64,000 bases of DNA. Source: Faecousia sp. (lineage in GTDB: Bacteria > Bacillota > Clostridia > Oscillospirales > Oscillospiraceae). The translations under genes and the position numbers were made by a program. Below, one piece after another: positions 1 through 10,019 of this stretch. The stretch lies in assembly GCA_045124575.1 (NCBI GenBank), contig JBGVMD010000011.1, forward strand, positions 25-64,024. The letters run 5' to 3'. Position 1 is the stretch's first letter, and the number at the start of each line of letters is the position of its first letter. The notes below the pieces were generated by a model. That model was given only the letters and a program-made list of their open reading frames with translations. It had not been told where the DNA came from and searched no databases.

Positions 1-1
1 C

Positions 2-130
2 GTCATTTCTCCCTCCTGGTCCATCCACTCCGGTGTCGGCACCGCCAACTATACCTTCATTTGGGGTATGTGCGGCGAGAACCAGGACTTTGACGATATG
101 GACGGCATCCCCACCGCCGATTTGCTGTAA
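2..130 (+). CDS. kduI: 3' end of 5-dehydro-4-deoxy-D-glucuronate isomerase (partial, truncated by window start)
   Basis: Not in ORF track. Frame from position 2 reads [42 protein letters not shown], the characteristic KduI C-terminus; its stop abuts the next ATG at 131. Confidence 0.9.
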   Translation, partial: VISPSWSIHSGVGTANYTFIWGMCGENQDFDDMDGIPTADLL

Positions 131-1081
131 ATGCAGGCCTATTTGTTTGTACACTTCCGGGAAAAAACCACCCCTGATGGAGAACAGGTCTATTTCGGGC
201 TCAGCCGGGATGGCTTTCATTGGGAACCGGTCAATGAAGGCCGTCCGGTGCTCTGGTCTCAGCTCGGGGAGAAGGGTGTTCGGGACTGTACGATGATCCG
301 TTGTCAAAAAGATGGGAAGTACCGCATCTTTGCCACGGACCTCAGCTTGGCCTACAATTTCCACAGCAAGTACAATGCCCACTGGCCAACAGTGGCCCGT
401 AATGGCAGCAAGAGCCTATCTATGTGGGAATCCGATGATTTGATCCACTGGTCCCCGCAACGACTGCTGCAGCTGGGAGATGAGAACTTTGGTTGTCTTT
501 GGGCGCCGGATGTCTTTTACGATCCCCAGCAGGAGGACTATGTACTCCATTGGTCATCCAGCCACAACTCCAATGCTTATGGAGACATGGGCATTTGGTA
601 TAGCCGCACCTCGGATTTTCAAAACTTTACTCCGCCGCGGCTTCTGTATCAAAAACCGGATGCCGGTGTGATCGACTCTGCGATCTATGTGGAGGATGGA
701 AACTATTTCCTCTTCCTCAAATCAGACCGCAACCCCGAGCGAATTGTCCTGCTGCAGTCCGATTGTGCTGCCGGACCTTATACCCGGGTGCAAGAATTTG
801 ACCAGAGTATGCTGGCCATCGAAGCAGGCCTATACGAAGGCCCCACCGCCGCCAAACTGGCAGATGGCCGCTGGTGTCTGTTTTTGGACTACTACGGTGT
901 GCCTGGGGAAGGGCAGGGCTATGTGCCGTTTTTGGCCGACAGCCTAAAAAGTGGCGTATTCCGCCGGGCAGATCAAGCCTTTTCCTTTCCCTATGGCTAC
1001 AAGCACGGCACCGTCATTTCCATCTCTGCGGAAGAATACCACCTTATCCGCAACCACAGCTGGCCCAATCCGGCGCTGTGA
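131..1081 (+). CDS. Glycoside hydrolase family 43-like five-bladed beta-propeller enzyme (no signal peptide)
   Basis: GVRDC, WAPD, IDS and EGPT motifs; C-terminal KHGTVI. Confidence 0.8.
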   Translation: MQAYLFVHFREKTTPDGEQVYFGLSRDGFHWEPVNEGRPVLWSQLGEKGVRDCTMIRCQKDGKYRIFATDLSLAYNFHSKYNAHWPTVARNGSKSLSMWESDDLIHWSPQRLLQLGDENFGCLWAPDVFYDPQQEDYVLHWSSSHNSNAYGDMGIWYSRTSDFQNFTPPRLLYQKPDAGVIDSAIYVEDGNYFLFLKSDRNPERIVLLQSDCAAGPYTRVQEFDQSMLAIEAGLYEGPTAAKLADGRWCLFLDYYGVPGEGQGYVPFLADSLKSGVFRRADQAFSFPYGYKHGTVISISAEEYHLIRNHSWPNPAL

Positions 1082-1167
1082 TCCATTCGTGACAAATGGG
1101 TCGGGAGTGTGTCTCCCGCACCGTCAAACTTATTATTCATCACCGCAAAATTGAAAGGAGAAAAATT

Positions 1168-1854
1168 ATGAAGCGTTCCGAAATCAATAAGGCCCTGAAA
1201 GAACTGGAAGCAATGTGCGAAAAGTACCATTGCTATCTGCCCCCCTTCTGCCATTTTACCCCTGAGCAGTGGCAGACCATCGGCCACGAATATGACGAAG
1301 TTCGTGATTGCTGCCTGGGCTGGGACATCACCGACTATGGCATGGGTGACTTCGATAAGATGGGCTTCTCCCTGATCACCATCCGCAATGGCAACCGCGC
1401 TATGGCCGACAAGTACCCCAAGGTCTATGCTGAAAAGCTGCTGTTCCTGAAGGAGGGTCAGTATTCTCCCAATCATTTCCACTGGTTCAAGACCGAGGAC
1501 ATCATCAACCGCGGCGGCGGCAATGTGCTGATCAAGGTCTATAATTCTCATCCCGACGAGTCCGTTGACTATGAGTCCGACGTCACTGTCCACACCGACG
1601 GACGTACCTACACCGTTCCCGCCGGCACCCAGATCCGTTTGACCCCCGGTGAGAGCATCCACATCCAGCAATATATGTACCATGACTTTGAAGTGGAACC
1701 CGGCACCGGCGATGTGCTGCTGGGCGAAGTCAGTCAGTGCAACGACGACTCCAACGATAACCGCTTCAATCCTCCCATGGGCCGCTTCCCCAAGATCGAA
1801 GAGGACGAAGCACCCTACCGTCTGCTGTGCAACGAATATCCTGCCGCAAAATAA
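1168..1854 (+). CDS. D-lyxose/D-mannose ketol-isomerase (cupin)
   Basis: MKRSEIN start after AAGGAG; GWDITD, YAEK, PNHFHWFKTEDIINRGGG, PGES and GEVS..NDD motifs of the D-lyxose isomerase family. Confidence 0.88.
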   Translation: MKRSEINKALKELEAMCEKYHCYLPPFCHFTPEQWQTIGHEYDEVRDCCLGWDITDYGMGDFDKMGFSLITIRNGNRAMADKYPKVYAEKLLFLKEGQYSPNHFHWFKTEDIINRGGGNVLIKVYNSHPDESVDYESDVTVHTDGRTYTVPAGTQIRLTPGESIHIQQYMYHDFEVEPGTGDVLLGEVSQCNDDSNDNRFNPPMGRFPKIEEDEAPYRLLCNEYPAAK

Positions 1855-1926
1855 TGAATGCCGGATCGCCCTGCCGGCTTACCGGCTGGCGGGGCGATCT
1901 GCACCAAGAGGAGAAAGGAGCAGAAT

Positions 1927-2877
1927 ATGATTGACGTTGTAGCCCTGGGCGAACTGCTCATTGATTTTACCTGCCAGAGTGTGGATGCAGAAGGCTATCC
2001 CACCATGGCAGCCCATCCCGGCGGCGCACCCGCCAATTTCCTGGCCGCTCTCAGTCGGTTCGGCGCAAAGACCGCCCTGCTGGGCAAGGTGGGCAGTGAT
2101 GCCTTCGGCCATATGCTGTGTGCCACATTGCAAAATGCGGGCATCGATACCCGCGGTATGCTGCTGAGTGACGATGTATTTACCACCCTGGCCTTTGTGA
2201 CACTGGACGAGCATGGCGACCGTGCCTTCTCTTTTGCCCGGAAGCCCGGTGCGGACACTTGCATCGCCTTCGAAGAACTGGACACCAGCCTGATTGACGA
2301 GGCCAAGGTATTCCATTTTGGTACCCTGTCCCTGACCGATGAGCCTGCCCGCTCCACCACCCAAAAGGCAGTGGCTTATGCCAAGAGCAAGGGTAAGCTG
2401 ATTACTTACGATCCCAATTTGCGCAAGCCGCTGTGGCGGGATTTGGAAGAGGCCAAGCGCCAGCTTTTGTGGGGTCTGCAGCAGGCAGATGTGGTGAAAA
2501 TCAGCGATGAGGAAGTGGAATTCCTCTTCGGCCTGGGCGTCCGGGAGGGCGCTGCCCACATCCTGCAGAACTATCCGGTTAAGTTGGTGTTCGTTACTTG
2601 CGGCGCAGAGGGTTGCTGGTATCAGAATGCTGTGGCACAGGGTCATGTGCCCAGCTTGTCGGATATCCGGGTGGTAGATACCACTGGCGCCGGCGATATT
2701 TTCGGTGGTAGCGCAGTTTGGAAACTGCTGCAGCTGAACAAGGCGCCCGAACTGCTGGATAAGGCAGAACTGGAAGATGCGGTTTCTTTTGCCTGCACCG
2801 CCGCAGGCCTTTCTACCACCAAACCCGGTGGTATCTCCAGTGTTCCCAGCTTTGATGAAGTACAGAAACGGATGTGA
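1927..2877 (+). CDS. PfkB-family carbohydrate kinase (fructokinase-like)
   Basis: GELLIDF, PGGAPAN, YDPNLR and DTTGAGDIF motifs; RBS AAGGAG. Confidence 0.88.
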   Translation: MIDVVALGELLIDFTCQSVDAEGYPTMAAHPGGAPANFLAALSRFGAKTALLGKVGSDAFGHMLCATLQNAGIDTRGMLLSDDVFTTLAFVTLDEHGDRAFSFARKPGADTCIAFEELDTSLIDEAKVFHFGTLSLTDEPARSTTQKAVAYAKSKGKLITYDPNLRKPLWRDLEEAKRQLLWGLQQADVVKISDEEVEFLFGLGVREGAAHILQNYPVKLVFVTCGAEGCWYQNAVAQGHVPSLSDIRVVDTTGAGDIFGGSAVWKLLQLNKAPELLDKAELEDAVSFACTAAGLSTTKPGGISSVPSFDEVQKRM

Positions 2878-2881
2878 GATT

Positions 2882-3757
2882 ATGAAACACACCATTCAAA
2901 ATGAATTTCTCACCGTCACCGCTGCCGAGAAGGGCGCCGAGCTGCAGTCTATTTTGGCCTCTGACGGCACGGAATATCTATGGCAGGGCGACAGCAAGTA
3001 TTGGAGCGACCGGGCCCTGAATATTTTCCCCTATGTTGCCCGGCTGACAGAAGGCAGTTATTTCATGGACGGCCAGCGGCATGAAATGGCCATTCACGGC
3101 TTGGCGCCTTACGCCACCTTCCGCCTGGTGTCCAATGACGGACAGACCATGGTGCTTGAGATGACAGACAATGAGGAAACCTGGCAGCAGTATCCCCGCC
3201 ACTTTGCCTTCCGCATCGTTTACGCCCTGAAGGGCAAGGTGCTGGAAACGATCTATGAGGTGGAGAACCGGGACGAAAAGACCATGTACTTTGGCTTGGG
3301 CGGCCATCCCGGCTTTAATGTGCCCTTGGTGTCCGGCAAGCGGTTTGAAGATTACCGCCTGCGCTTTGCGGAAACCTGCCAGCCTCGTCATGTGGGCTTT
3401 AATGAAGCCTGCTTTGTCACCGGCACCTACGCCGACTTCCCCCTGGAGGGCGGACAGATCCTGTCCCTGCGTCATGAAATGTTTGATAATGACGCCATCG
3501 TGCTGGACTCCATGACCCGTCAGGTCACCCTGGAATGTGATGGCGATGATCATGCCGTCACCGTGACCTTCCCGCAAATGGGCTATCTGGGTCTGTGGCA
3601 TTGGCCCAGAACTGATGCGCCCTATATTTGCATCGAACCCTGGTGCAGCCTGCCTTCTTTTGCGGATCAGATTGCTGTCTTTGAAGAGCAGAAGGATCTG
3701 ATCCGGCTGCCCGCTGGTCAGACTTATCGTAATACCTGGACTATTGAAATTTCTTAA
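2882..3757 (+). CDS. Aldose 1-epimerase family protein (LacX-like)
   Basis: GAELQS, EYLWQGD, HG, GGHPGFN and ICIEPW motifs. Confidence 0.85.
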   Translation: MKHTIQNEFLTVTAAEKGAELQSILASDGTEYLWQGDSKYWSDRALNIFPYVARLTEGSYFMDGQRHEMAIHGLAPYATFRLVSNDGQTMVLEMTDNEETWQQYPRHFAFRIVYALKGKVLETIYEVENRDEKTMYFGLGGHPGFNVPLVSGKRFEDYRLRFAETCQPRHVGFNEACFVTGTYADFPLEGGQILSLRHEMFDNDAIVLDSMTRQVTLECDGDDHAVTVTFPQMGYLGLWHWPRTDAPYICIEPWCSLPSFADQIAVFEEQKDLIRLPAGQTYRNTWTIEIS

Positions 3758-3771
3758 GAGGGGGCTTCTCT

Positions 3772-5298
3772 ATGAGCGGCAGATTCTGCTTGGGCATCGA
3801 ATTAGGCTCTACCCGTATCAAAGCGGTGGCCATCGATGAGCACCATGTTCCGGTATCCTCCGGCGATTACACCTGGAAGTCAAGCTATGAACAAGGCATC
3901 TGGACCTATGATCTCAATCGGGTCTGGGAGGGCCTGCGACAGGCAGTGTCCGGCATTTCCTGCCGGGAGAATATCGCTGCCATGGGCATCTCCGGTATGA
4001 TGCACGGCTATCTGGCTTTTGACAAAGACTGGAATCTGCTGACCCCTTTCCGCACCTGGCAAAACACCATTACTGGGGATGCCGCCGCACGCCTGACAGC
4101 GCTGTTTGGTTTCAATATTCCCCAGCGATGGTCCATTGCCCACCTGTATCAGGCGATTTTGAACAGGGAAGACCATGTCTCCCGAATCGCCCACATCACA
4201 ACCTTGGCAGGCTATGTCCACCATCAGCTGACCGGCGTGAATGCCGTTGGCGTTGGTGAGGCTGCCGGAATCTTCCCCATTGACAGCCAAACCGGCTGTT
4301 ACGATGAGGAAATGCTCTGTAAATTTGAAAGGCTGACCGAAGATCAGCCTTGGCGACTGCGGGATATCCTGCCGGCTGTTCTGCCGGCAGGTGTCCAAGC
4401 CGGCGTGCTGACCCAAAGCGGCGCAGAACGACTGGCTAAATTGCTGGCGCCCGGCATTCCTTTTGCTCCGGCAGAGGGAGATGCCGGCACCGGTATGACT
4501 GCCACCAATGCGGTGGCACCCCGCACCGGTAATGTATCCGCCGGCACCTCCATTTTCTCCATGGTGGTGTTGGAGCAGCCGCTGAAGAAAATCTATGAAG
4601 AGATCGATCTGGTCACCACCCCCACCGGCAAGCCGGTGGCCATGGTGCACTGCAATAACTGTACAAATGACTCCAATGCATGGGTTTCTGTGCTGAAAGA
4701 AACGGCGCAGCTGTTTTCGGCAGACCCGTCTGACGGAGAGATCTATACAAAACTTTATGAAAAAAGCCTGGAGGGCGATCCGGATTGCGGCGGCATCTTG
4801 GTCTGCAATTATCTGGCAGGCGAAGGCGTGACCCATTTGGACGAAGGCCGTCCCATGGTGGTTCGCCGGCCGGACAGCCGCTTTACCCTGGCAAATTTCT
4901 TCCGTGCCAGCCTCTATTCCACCATGGCCACCCTGAAATTGGGCATGGATATCCTGGCGCAGGAGGGAGTAGCCATTGACCGCCTCACCGGCCACGGTGG
5001 ATTATTCAAGACCCCTGTGGTTGGTCAGCGCTATTTGGCCGCTGCCTGTAACGCACCGGTGACTTGTATGACCACTGCCGGAGAGGGCGGCCCCTACGGT
5101 ATGGCGCTGCTGGCTGCCTATATGATCCGTAAGGAAGAATGTCAAACCCTGGAACATTATTTGGAAACGCACGTCTTTGCCAACGCCCAAAGCACTGTTT
5201 TGAAACCGGATGAATCGGATTTGGCTGGTTTTAACAGCTATATTCGGGACTACCGGCAGCTGCTGGAAGTAGAGCGCAAGGCGGTAGAACTGATTTAA
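3772..5298 (+). CDS. FGGY-family pentulose kinase, likely L-ribulokinase (AraB/AraK role)
   Basis: GIELGSTRIKAV, MMHGY, TPFRTW, SAGTS and GHGG motifs; directly precedes araA-araD. Confidence 0.8.
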   Translation: MSGRFCLGIELGSTRIKAVAIDEHHVPVSSGDYTWKSSYEQGIWTYDLNRVWEGLRQAVSGISCRENIAAMGISGMMHGYLAFDKDWNLLTPFRTWQNTITGDAAARLTALFGFNIPQRWSIAHLYQAILNREDHVSRIAHITTLAGYVHHQLTGVNAVGVGEAAGIFPIDSQTGCYDEEMLCKFERLTEDQPWRLRDILPAVLPAGVQAGVLTQSGAERLAKLLAPGIPFAPAEGDAGTGMTATNAVAPRTGNVSAGTSIFSMVVLEQPLKKIYEEIDLVTTPTGKPVAMVHCNNCTNDSNAWVSVLKETAQLFSADPSDGEIYTKLYEKSLEGDPDCGGILVCNYLAGEGVTHLDEGRPMVVRRPDSRFTLANFFRASLYSTMATLKLGMDILAQEGVAIDRLTGHGGLFKTPVVGQRYLAAACNAPVTCMTTAGEGGPYGMALLAAYMIRKEECQTLEHYLETHVFANAQSTVLKPDESDLAGFNSYIRDYRQLLEVERKAVELI

Positions 5299-5310
5299 GG
5301 AGGATGGGAT

Positions 5311-6780
5311 ATGAAATACAATTTTTGGTTTGTTGTTGGCTCTCAAGACCTTTACGGCGAGGAAGTGCTGAAGACCGTTGCCCGGCGTGCTGCCGAAATG
5401 GCGGAAAAAATGAGCAAGAGTCTTCCGTACCCTCTGATCTATAAGGTCACGGCCATGCGCAATGATCAGATCAGTCAGATCATCAAAGAGGCCAATTACG
5501 ACGATTCCTGTGCCGGCATCATCACCTGGTGTCACACCTTCTCTCCCTCCAAAATGTGGATAAACGGCTTGGCAAACCTGCAAAAGCCCTATTGCCACTT
5601 TGCAACCCAGTATAACCGGGAGATCCCCAATGACGACATCGACATGGACTTCATGAACCTGAACCAGGCCGCCCATGGCGACCGGGAGCATGGTTTTATT
5701 GCAGCCCGCATGAGAATGCCCCGGAAGGTGATTGCCGGCTACTGGGAAAATCCCGATGTGCTGAAGCGCATTGGCGACTGGATGAAGTCTGCAGTTGGCG
5801 TGGCGGTTTCCCGCAATCTGAAGGTGATGCGCTTTGGCGATAATATGCGTGAAGTCGCGGTTACTGAGGGCGATAAGGTGGAAGCCCAGACGAAACTGGG
5901 CTGGCAGGTCAACACCTGGGCCGTGGGTGATTTGGTCAAGGAAATGAAGGCTGTCACCCAGCAGGAAATCGATGCACAGATGGCGGAATATACCGCCTTA
6001 TATGATATTCACACAGAAAACATTCAGGCCATCCGCTATCAGGCAAGAGAAGAGCTTGCTATGAAGAAAATGCTGGATGCCAATAGCTGCCAGGCTTTCT
6101 CCAATACCTTCCAGGACCTTTACGGTATGGAACAGCTGCCGGGCCTTGCTTCCCAGCATTTGATGGCGCAGGGCTATGGCTATGGCGGTGAGGGCGACTG
6201 GAAGGTGGCGGCCATGACCGCCATTATGAAGGCCATGGGCGAAAACGGCAACGGTGCCTCTGCTTTTATGGAGGACTATACCTATCATCTGGCCCAGGGA
6301 CAGGAATATTCTTTGGGCGCGCACATGTTGGAGGTATGTCCCTCCTTGGCTGACCCTGCCGTCCGTCCTCGGATCGAGACTCATCACCTGGGCATTGGCA
6401 TGAATGAAAAGGATCCTGCCCGCCTGGTGTTTGAGGGAAGGGAAGGCGAGGCGATCGTGGTGTCCCTGGTGGATATGGGCGGTCGACTCCGCCTGATCGT
6501 ACAGGATATCCTCTGCGTTAAGCCCATTATGAATATGCCCAACCTGCCGGTGGCCCGGGTCATGTGGCAGGCAATGCCCAACCTTACTGACGGCGTGGAA
6601 CTGTGGATCACTGCCGGCGGCGCCCATCATACGGTGCTTTCCTACGATGTCACCGCTGCTCAGATGAAGGACTGGGCGAAGATGATGGATATCGAATTTG
6701 TCCACATCACCAAGGATACCACCCTGGATGCGTTGGAAAAGGAACTGTTCCTGAACGACTTGGCCTGGAAACTGAAGTAA
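5311..6780 (+). CDS. araA: L-arabinose isomerase
   Basis: GSQDLYG, HTFSPSKMW, NQAAHGDRE, GGEGDWK, MEDYTY, HMLE and GGAHH motifs. Confidence 0.97.
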   Translation: MKYNFWFVVGSQDLYGEEVLKTVARRAAEMAEKMSKSLPYPLIYKVTAMRNDQISQIIKEANYDDSCAGIITWCHTFSPSKMWINGLANLQKPYCHFATQYNREIPNDDIDMDFMNLNQAAHGDREHGFIAARMRMPRKVIAGYWENPDVLKRIGDWMKSAVGVAVSRNLKVMRFGDNMREVAVTEGDKVEAQTKLGWQVNTWAVGDLVKEMKAVTQQEIDAQMAEYTALYDIHTENIQAIRYQAREELAMKKMLDANSCQAFSNTFQDLYGMEQLPGLASQHLMAQGYGYGGEGDWKVAAMTAIMKAMGENGNGASAFMEDYTYHLAQGQEYSLGAHMLEVCPSLADPAVRPRIETHHLGIGMNEKDPARLVFEGREGEAIVVSLVDMGGRLRLIVQDILCVKPIMNMPNLPVARVMWQAMPNLTDGVELWITAGGAHHTVLSYDVTAAQMKDWAKMMDIEFVHITKDTTLDALEKELFLNDLAWKLK

Positions 6781-6789
6781 GGTGGGCCT

Positions 6790-7482
6790 ATGTTGGAAGA
6801 ATTGAAAGAAATCGTCTGCAAGGCCAATCTGGAACTGCCGAAATACGGCCTGGTGACCTTCACCTGGGGCAATGTTTCCGGTATTGACCGAGAGCGAGGT
6901 TTGGTGGTCATCAAGCCCTCCGGTGTGGAATATGCCAATATGCAGCCGGATGATATGGTGGTGGTTTCCTTGAAAGACGGTGAGGTGGTGGAAGGGAAGT
7001 GGAGACCCTCCTCCGATACAGCCACCCACCTGGCCCTTTACCGGGCTTTCCCGGAATTGGGCGGCATCGTCCATACCCATTCCCGTTGGGCTACAGCCTG
7101 GGCTCAGGCCGGTCGGGGAATCCCAGCCTACGGCACCACCCACGGAGATTACTTCTATGGGGACATTCCCTGCACCCGTCCCATGACTGCGACGGAGATC
7201 GCCGGGGCTTATGAGCTGGAAACCGGCAACGTGATCGTGGAGACCTTTATCGGTAAGCACCCTGATCAAATTCCTGCGGTGCTGGTCCATTCCCATGGTC
7301 CCTTCACCTGGGGCAAAGATCCGGCCGAAGCGGTGCATCATTCCGTTGTGTTGGAGGAGTTGGCGTGTATGGCCTTCCATACGGAAGCACTGAATCCCAA
7401 AGTCAAACCCATGCAGCAGGAACTACTGGATAAGCACTACCTGCGCAAGCATGGCAAGAATGCTTATTACGGACAAAAATAA
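6790..7482 (+). CDS. araD: L-ribulose-5-phosphate 4-epimerase
   Basis: TWGNVS, PSSDT, HTHS, GTTHGD and C-terminal [10 protein letters not shown] motifs. Confidence 0.97.
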   Translation: MLEELKEIVCKANLELPKYGLVTFTWGNVSGIDRERGLVVIKPSGVEYANMQPDDMVVVSLKDGEVVEGKWRPSSDTATHLALYRAFPELGGIVHTHSRWATAWAQAGRGIPAYGTTHGDYFYGDIPCTRPMTATEIAGAYELETGNVIVETFIGKHPDQIPAVLVHSHGPFTWGKDPAEAVHHSVVLEELACMAFHTEALNPKVKPMQQELLDKHYLRKHGKNAYYGQK

Positions 7483-7572
7483 AAACATTTCTCCTATTTC
7501 AGGCAACCCGCCGCTGCATCCCCGCGGCGACGGGTTTTCTGCAATTTTGCTGATTATGGAAAGGAGTCGTTT

Positions 7573-9051
7573 ATGAACCAGAAAGACTATCTTGCGCTGA
7601 TCGATGAAGTGATCGCAGCCGGTCCCTATCGTGCCGATTGGAGCAGCTTGTCGGAACATCCCACCCCCGAATGGTACCGCCGGGCAAAACTGGGCATCTT
7701 TATCCACTGGGGCATTTATTCTGTGCCTGCCTTCGGCAATGAGTGGTATTCCCGCAATATGTACAACGATACCGTGCGGGAGTTTGCCCACCATGTCAAA
7801 ACCTATGGCGACCAAAAGACCTTTGGCTATAAGGACTTTATCCCCATGTTTCGGGGTGAGAAATTCGATGCCGATGCATGGGTGCGGCTTTTCAAGCAGG
7901 CGGGCGCTCGCTACATTATGCCGGTTGCGGAGCATCATGACGGCTTTGCGATGTATGATACTGCCTTTAACCGCTGGAATTCTGTCCAAATGGGCCCCGG
8001 TGTGGATGTCATGGGGCAACTGCGGGTTGCCTGTCAGAACCACGGACTGCAGTTCTGTGCTTCCAACCACCGGGCAGAGCACTATTTCTTCATGAATTTG
8101 GGCCGTACCTTTGACAGTGATGTGGGTGACGAAGCCTATGCCGATTTCTATGGCCCGGCGGTCTACCGTCCGGATTTGGGCAAGCATGCCTTGGATCAGG
8201 CAACGGAAGCCCCGGCCAGCGAAGGCCCTACCGAAGAATGGATGACCGACTGGATGGTCCGGGTCTGTGAATTTGTCGACAAGTACCAACCCAAGGTGCT
8301 GTATTTCGACTGGTGGATTCAGAATTATGCCTTCAAGCCTTATCTAAAGAAGATCGCCGCCTATTATTATAACCGGGCCCATCAGTGGGGTCAGCAGGTC
8401 AGTATCAACTATAAGCGGGAAGCTTTCCCCCCCGGAGTGGCTACCTTTGATGTGGAGCGCGGCGCACTCACCGAAATTTCTCCTGTTCCCTGGCAGACCT
8501 GTACGGCCATTGGCAAGCACTCTTGGGGTTACATCACCAATAACGAGTTCAAAACGTCCCGACAGATCATTTGTGACCTGATCGACATCGTCAGTAAAAA
8601 CGGCATGTTGCTGCTGAATGTGGGACCTCGTTCCGACGGTACCATCACCGAGGAAGAAACCAAGGTTCTGCAGGATCTTGGCGCCTGGCTGCAGGTTAAT
8701 GGGGAGGGCATATATGATACTGTGCCCTGGAAGTGGTTTGGAGAGGGAAGTGTCAATGCTTCCGACGGCTTCTTCATGGATGGGGATGAAAAGCCCTTTA
8801 CCGCTGCAGATTTCCGCTTTACTTATCATGGCGGCGGCCTGTATGCGTTCTGGATGCGTCCCCAAGGGAACACTGTGCGCATTCGCACCCTTGCCTCCAA
8901 ATGGCTGCATGATTTCGGTATTGAGGCTGTTTCTTTGCTGGGCAGTGATACACCTGTGGATTATACCCGGGACGAGGATGGCCTGCACATCCGTCTTTTG
9001 GAAGCACCGACTTCGGAACTGCCCCTGTGCTTCCGGATCCAACTTGCGTAA
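7573..9051 (+). CDS. GH29 alpha-L-fucosidase family glycosidase (no signal peptide)
   Basis: KLGIFIHWG, AEHHDGF, YFDWW, SWGY and LLLNVGP motifs. Confidence 0.92.
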   Translation: MNQKDYLALIDEVIAAGPYRADWSSLSEHPTPEWYRRAKLGIFIHWGIYSVPAFGNEWYSRNMYNDTVREFAHHVKTYGDQKTFGYKDFIPMFRGEKFDADAWVRLFKQAGARYIMPVAEHHDGFAMYDTAFNRWNSVQMGPGVDVMGQLRVACQNHGLQFCASNHRAEHYFFMNLGRTFDSDVGDEAYADFYGPAVYRPDLGKHALDQATEAPASEGPTEEWMTDWMVRVCEFVDKYQPKVLYFDWWIQNYAFKPYLKKIAAYYYNRAHQWGQQVSINYKREAFPPGVATFDVERGALTEISPVPWQTCTAIGKHSWGYITNNEFKTSRQIICDLIDIVSKNGMLLLNVGPRSDGTITEEETKVLQDLGAWLQVNGEGIYDTVPWKWFGEGSVNASDGFFMDGDEKPFTAADFRFTYHGGGLYAFWMRPQGNTVRIRTLASKWLHDFGIEAVSLLGSDTPVDYTRDEDGLHIRLLEAPTSELPLCFRIQLA

Positions 9052-9063
9052 GGGAGGATATCT

Positions 9064-10005
9064 ATGCATCTTCTCACCATTGAGCCGGGCACCTATGCCG
9101 GCCAGGCCGACCCCTTTATTTTAAAATCCGGCGGCCGCTATTATATCTATGTCACCGGCCATGATGCCATTTATGCCTATCATTCCGACCATTTGCTGTC
9201 CGGTTGGCAGTATCATGGCCCGGTGCTGTCCGTGCCGAATCGTAAGGCATTCTGGGCACCCAGCGTCATTGAGCTGGACGGCAAATTTTATATGTACAAT
9301 TCCATGGAAGGCTCCGGCGTTGAGCCGGACCAGGGCGGCCATGACGGTGCCATGCACGTTTCTGTGGCGGATCATCCCCTGGGCCCCTTCCGGGTGGTGA
9401 AGCGGATCCTGCCGCCGTTCTCCATCGATTCTCATATGGTGCAAAATGAAGCTGGTCTGTTCCTGTTTTATTCCTCCAATCGGTTTGAAGGGGAGCGGGT
9501 AGGCACCTGCATCTACGTGGATAAAATGCTGGATCCGTTTACCCCCGCAGGACAACCGGTATTGGTGGTAGAACCGACCATGGATGAAGACATCTACTGG
9601 CACGATCGCTACCAGCAGGGCCAGCACTGGCATACCATTGAGGGTGCTTTCTATTTCCGGGAAGGGGATTGGCATTACCTAATGTATTCCGGTAATTGCT
9701 TTGAAAAACCTACCTATTACATTGGCTATGCCCGGGCCAAAACTACGGAAACCGACCTGACCAAGATTAAATTTGAAAAATACCCGGATGACCATACCTA
9801 TCATCCGGTACTGCGGGCTAATGAATTTGAGGAAGGTACTGGCCACCACTCCATGCTCTGCGAGGATGGGCAGTGGTATGCCATCTATCACGCCCGGGAT
9901 TATGATGCTCGGGACAATGCCTTTGATGCCCGCAATGCCCGTATCTGTAAACTGCATGTCTGTGACGGCATCATCACCGCAGAACGTTATCCCGATAAAA
10001 TCTGA
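9064..10005 (+). CDS. GH43 family glycosidase (xylosidase/arabinosidase type)
   Basis: ADPF, WAPS, IDS, IEG, YSGN and GHHS motifs. Confidence 0.88.
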   Translation: MHLLTIEPGTYAGQADPFILKSGGRYYIYVTGHDAIYAYHSDHLLSGWQYHGPVLSVPNRKAFWAPSVIELDGKFYMYNSMEGSGVEPDQGGHDGAMHVSVADHPLGPFRVVKRILPPFSIDSHMVQNEAGLFLFYSSNRFEGERVGTCIYVDKMLDPFTPAGQPVLVVEPTMDEDIYWHDRYQQGQHWHTIEGAFYFREGDWHYLMYSGNCFEKPTYYIGYARAKTTETDLTKIKFEKYPDDHTYHPVLRANEFEEGTGHHSMLCEDGQWYAIYHARDYDARDNAFDARNARICKLHVCDGIITAERYPDKI

Positions 10006-10019
10006 AAAGGGGGCTCCCT

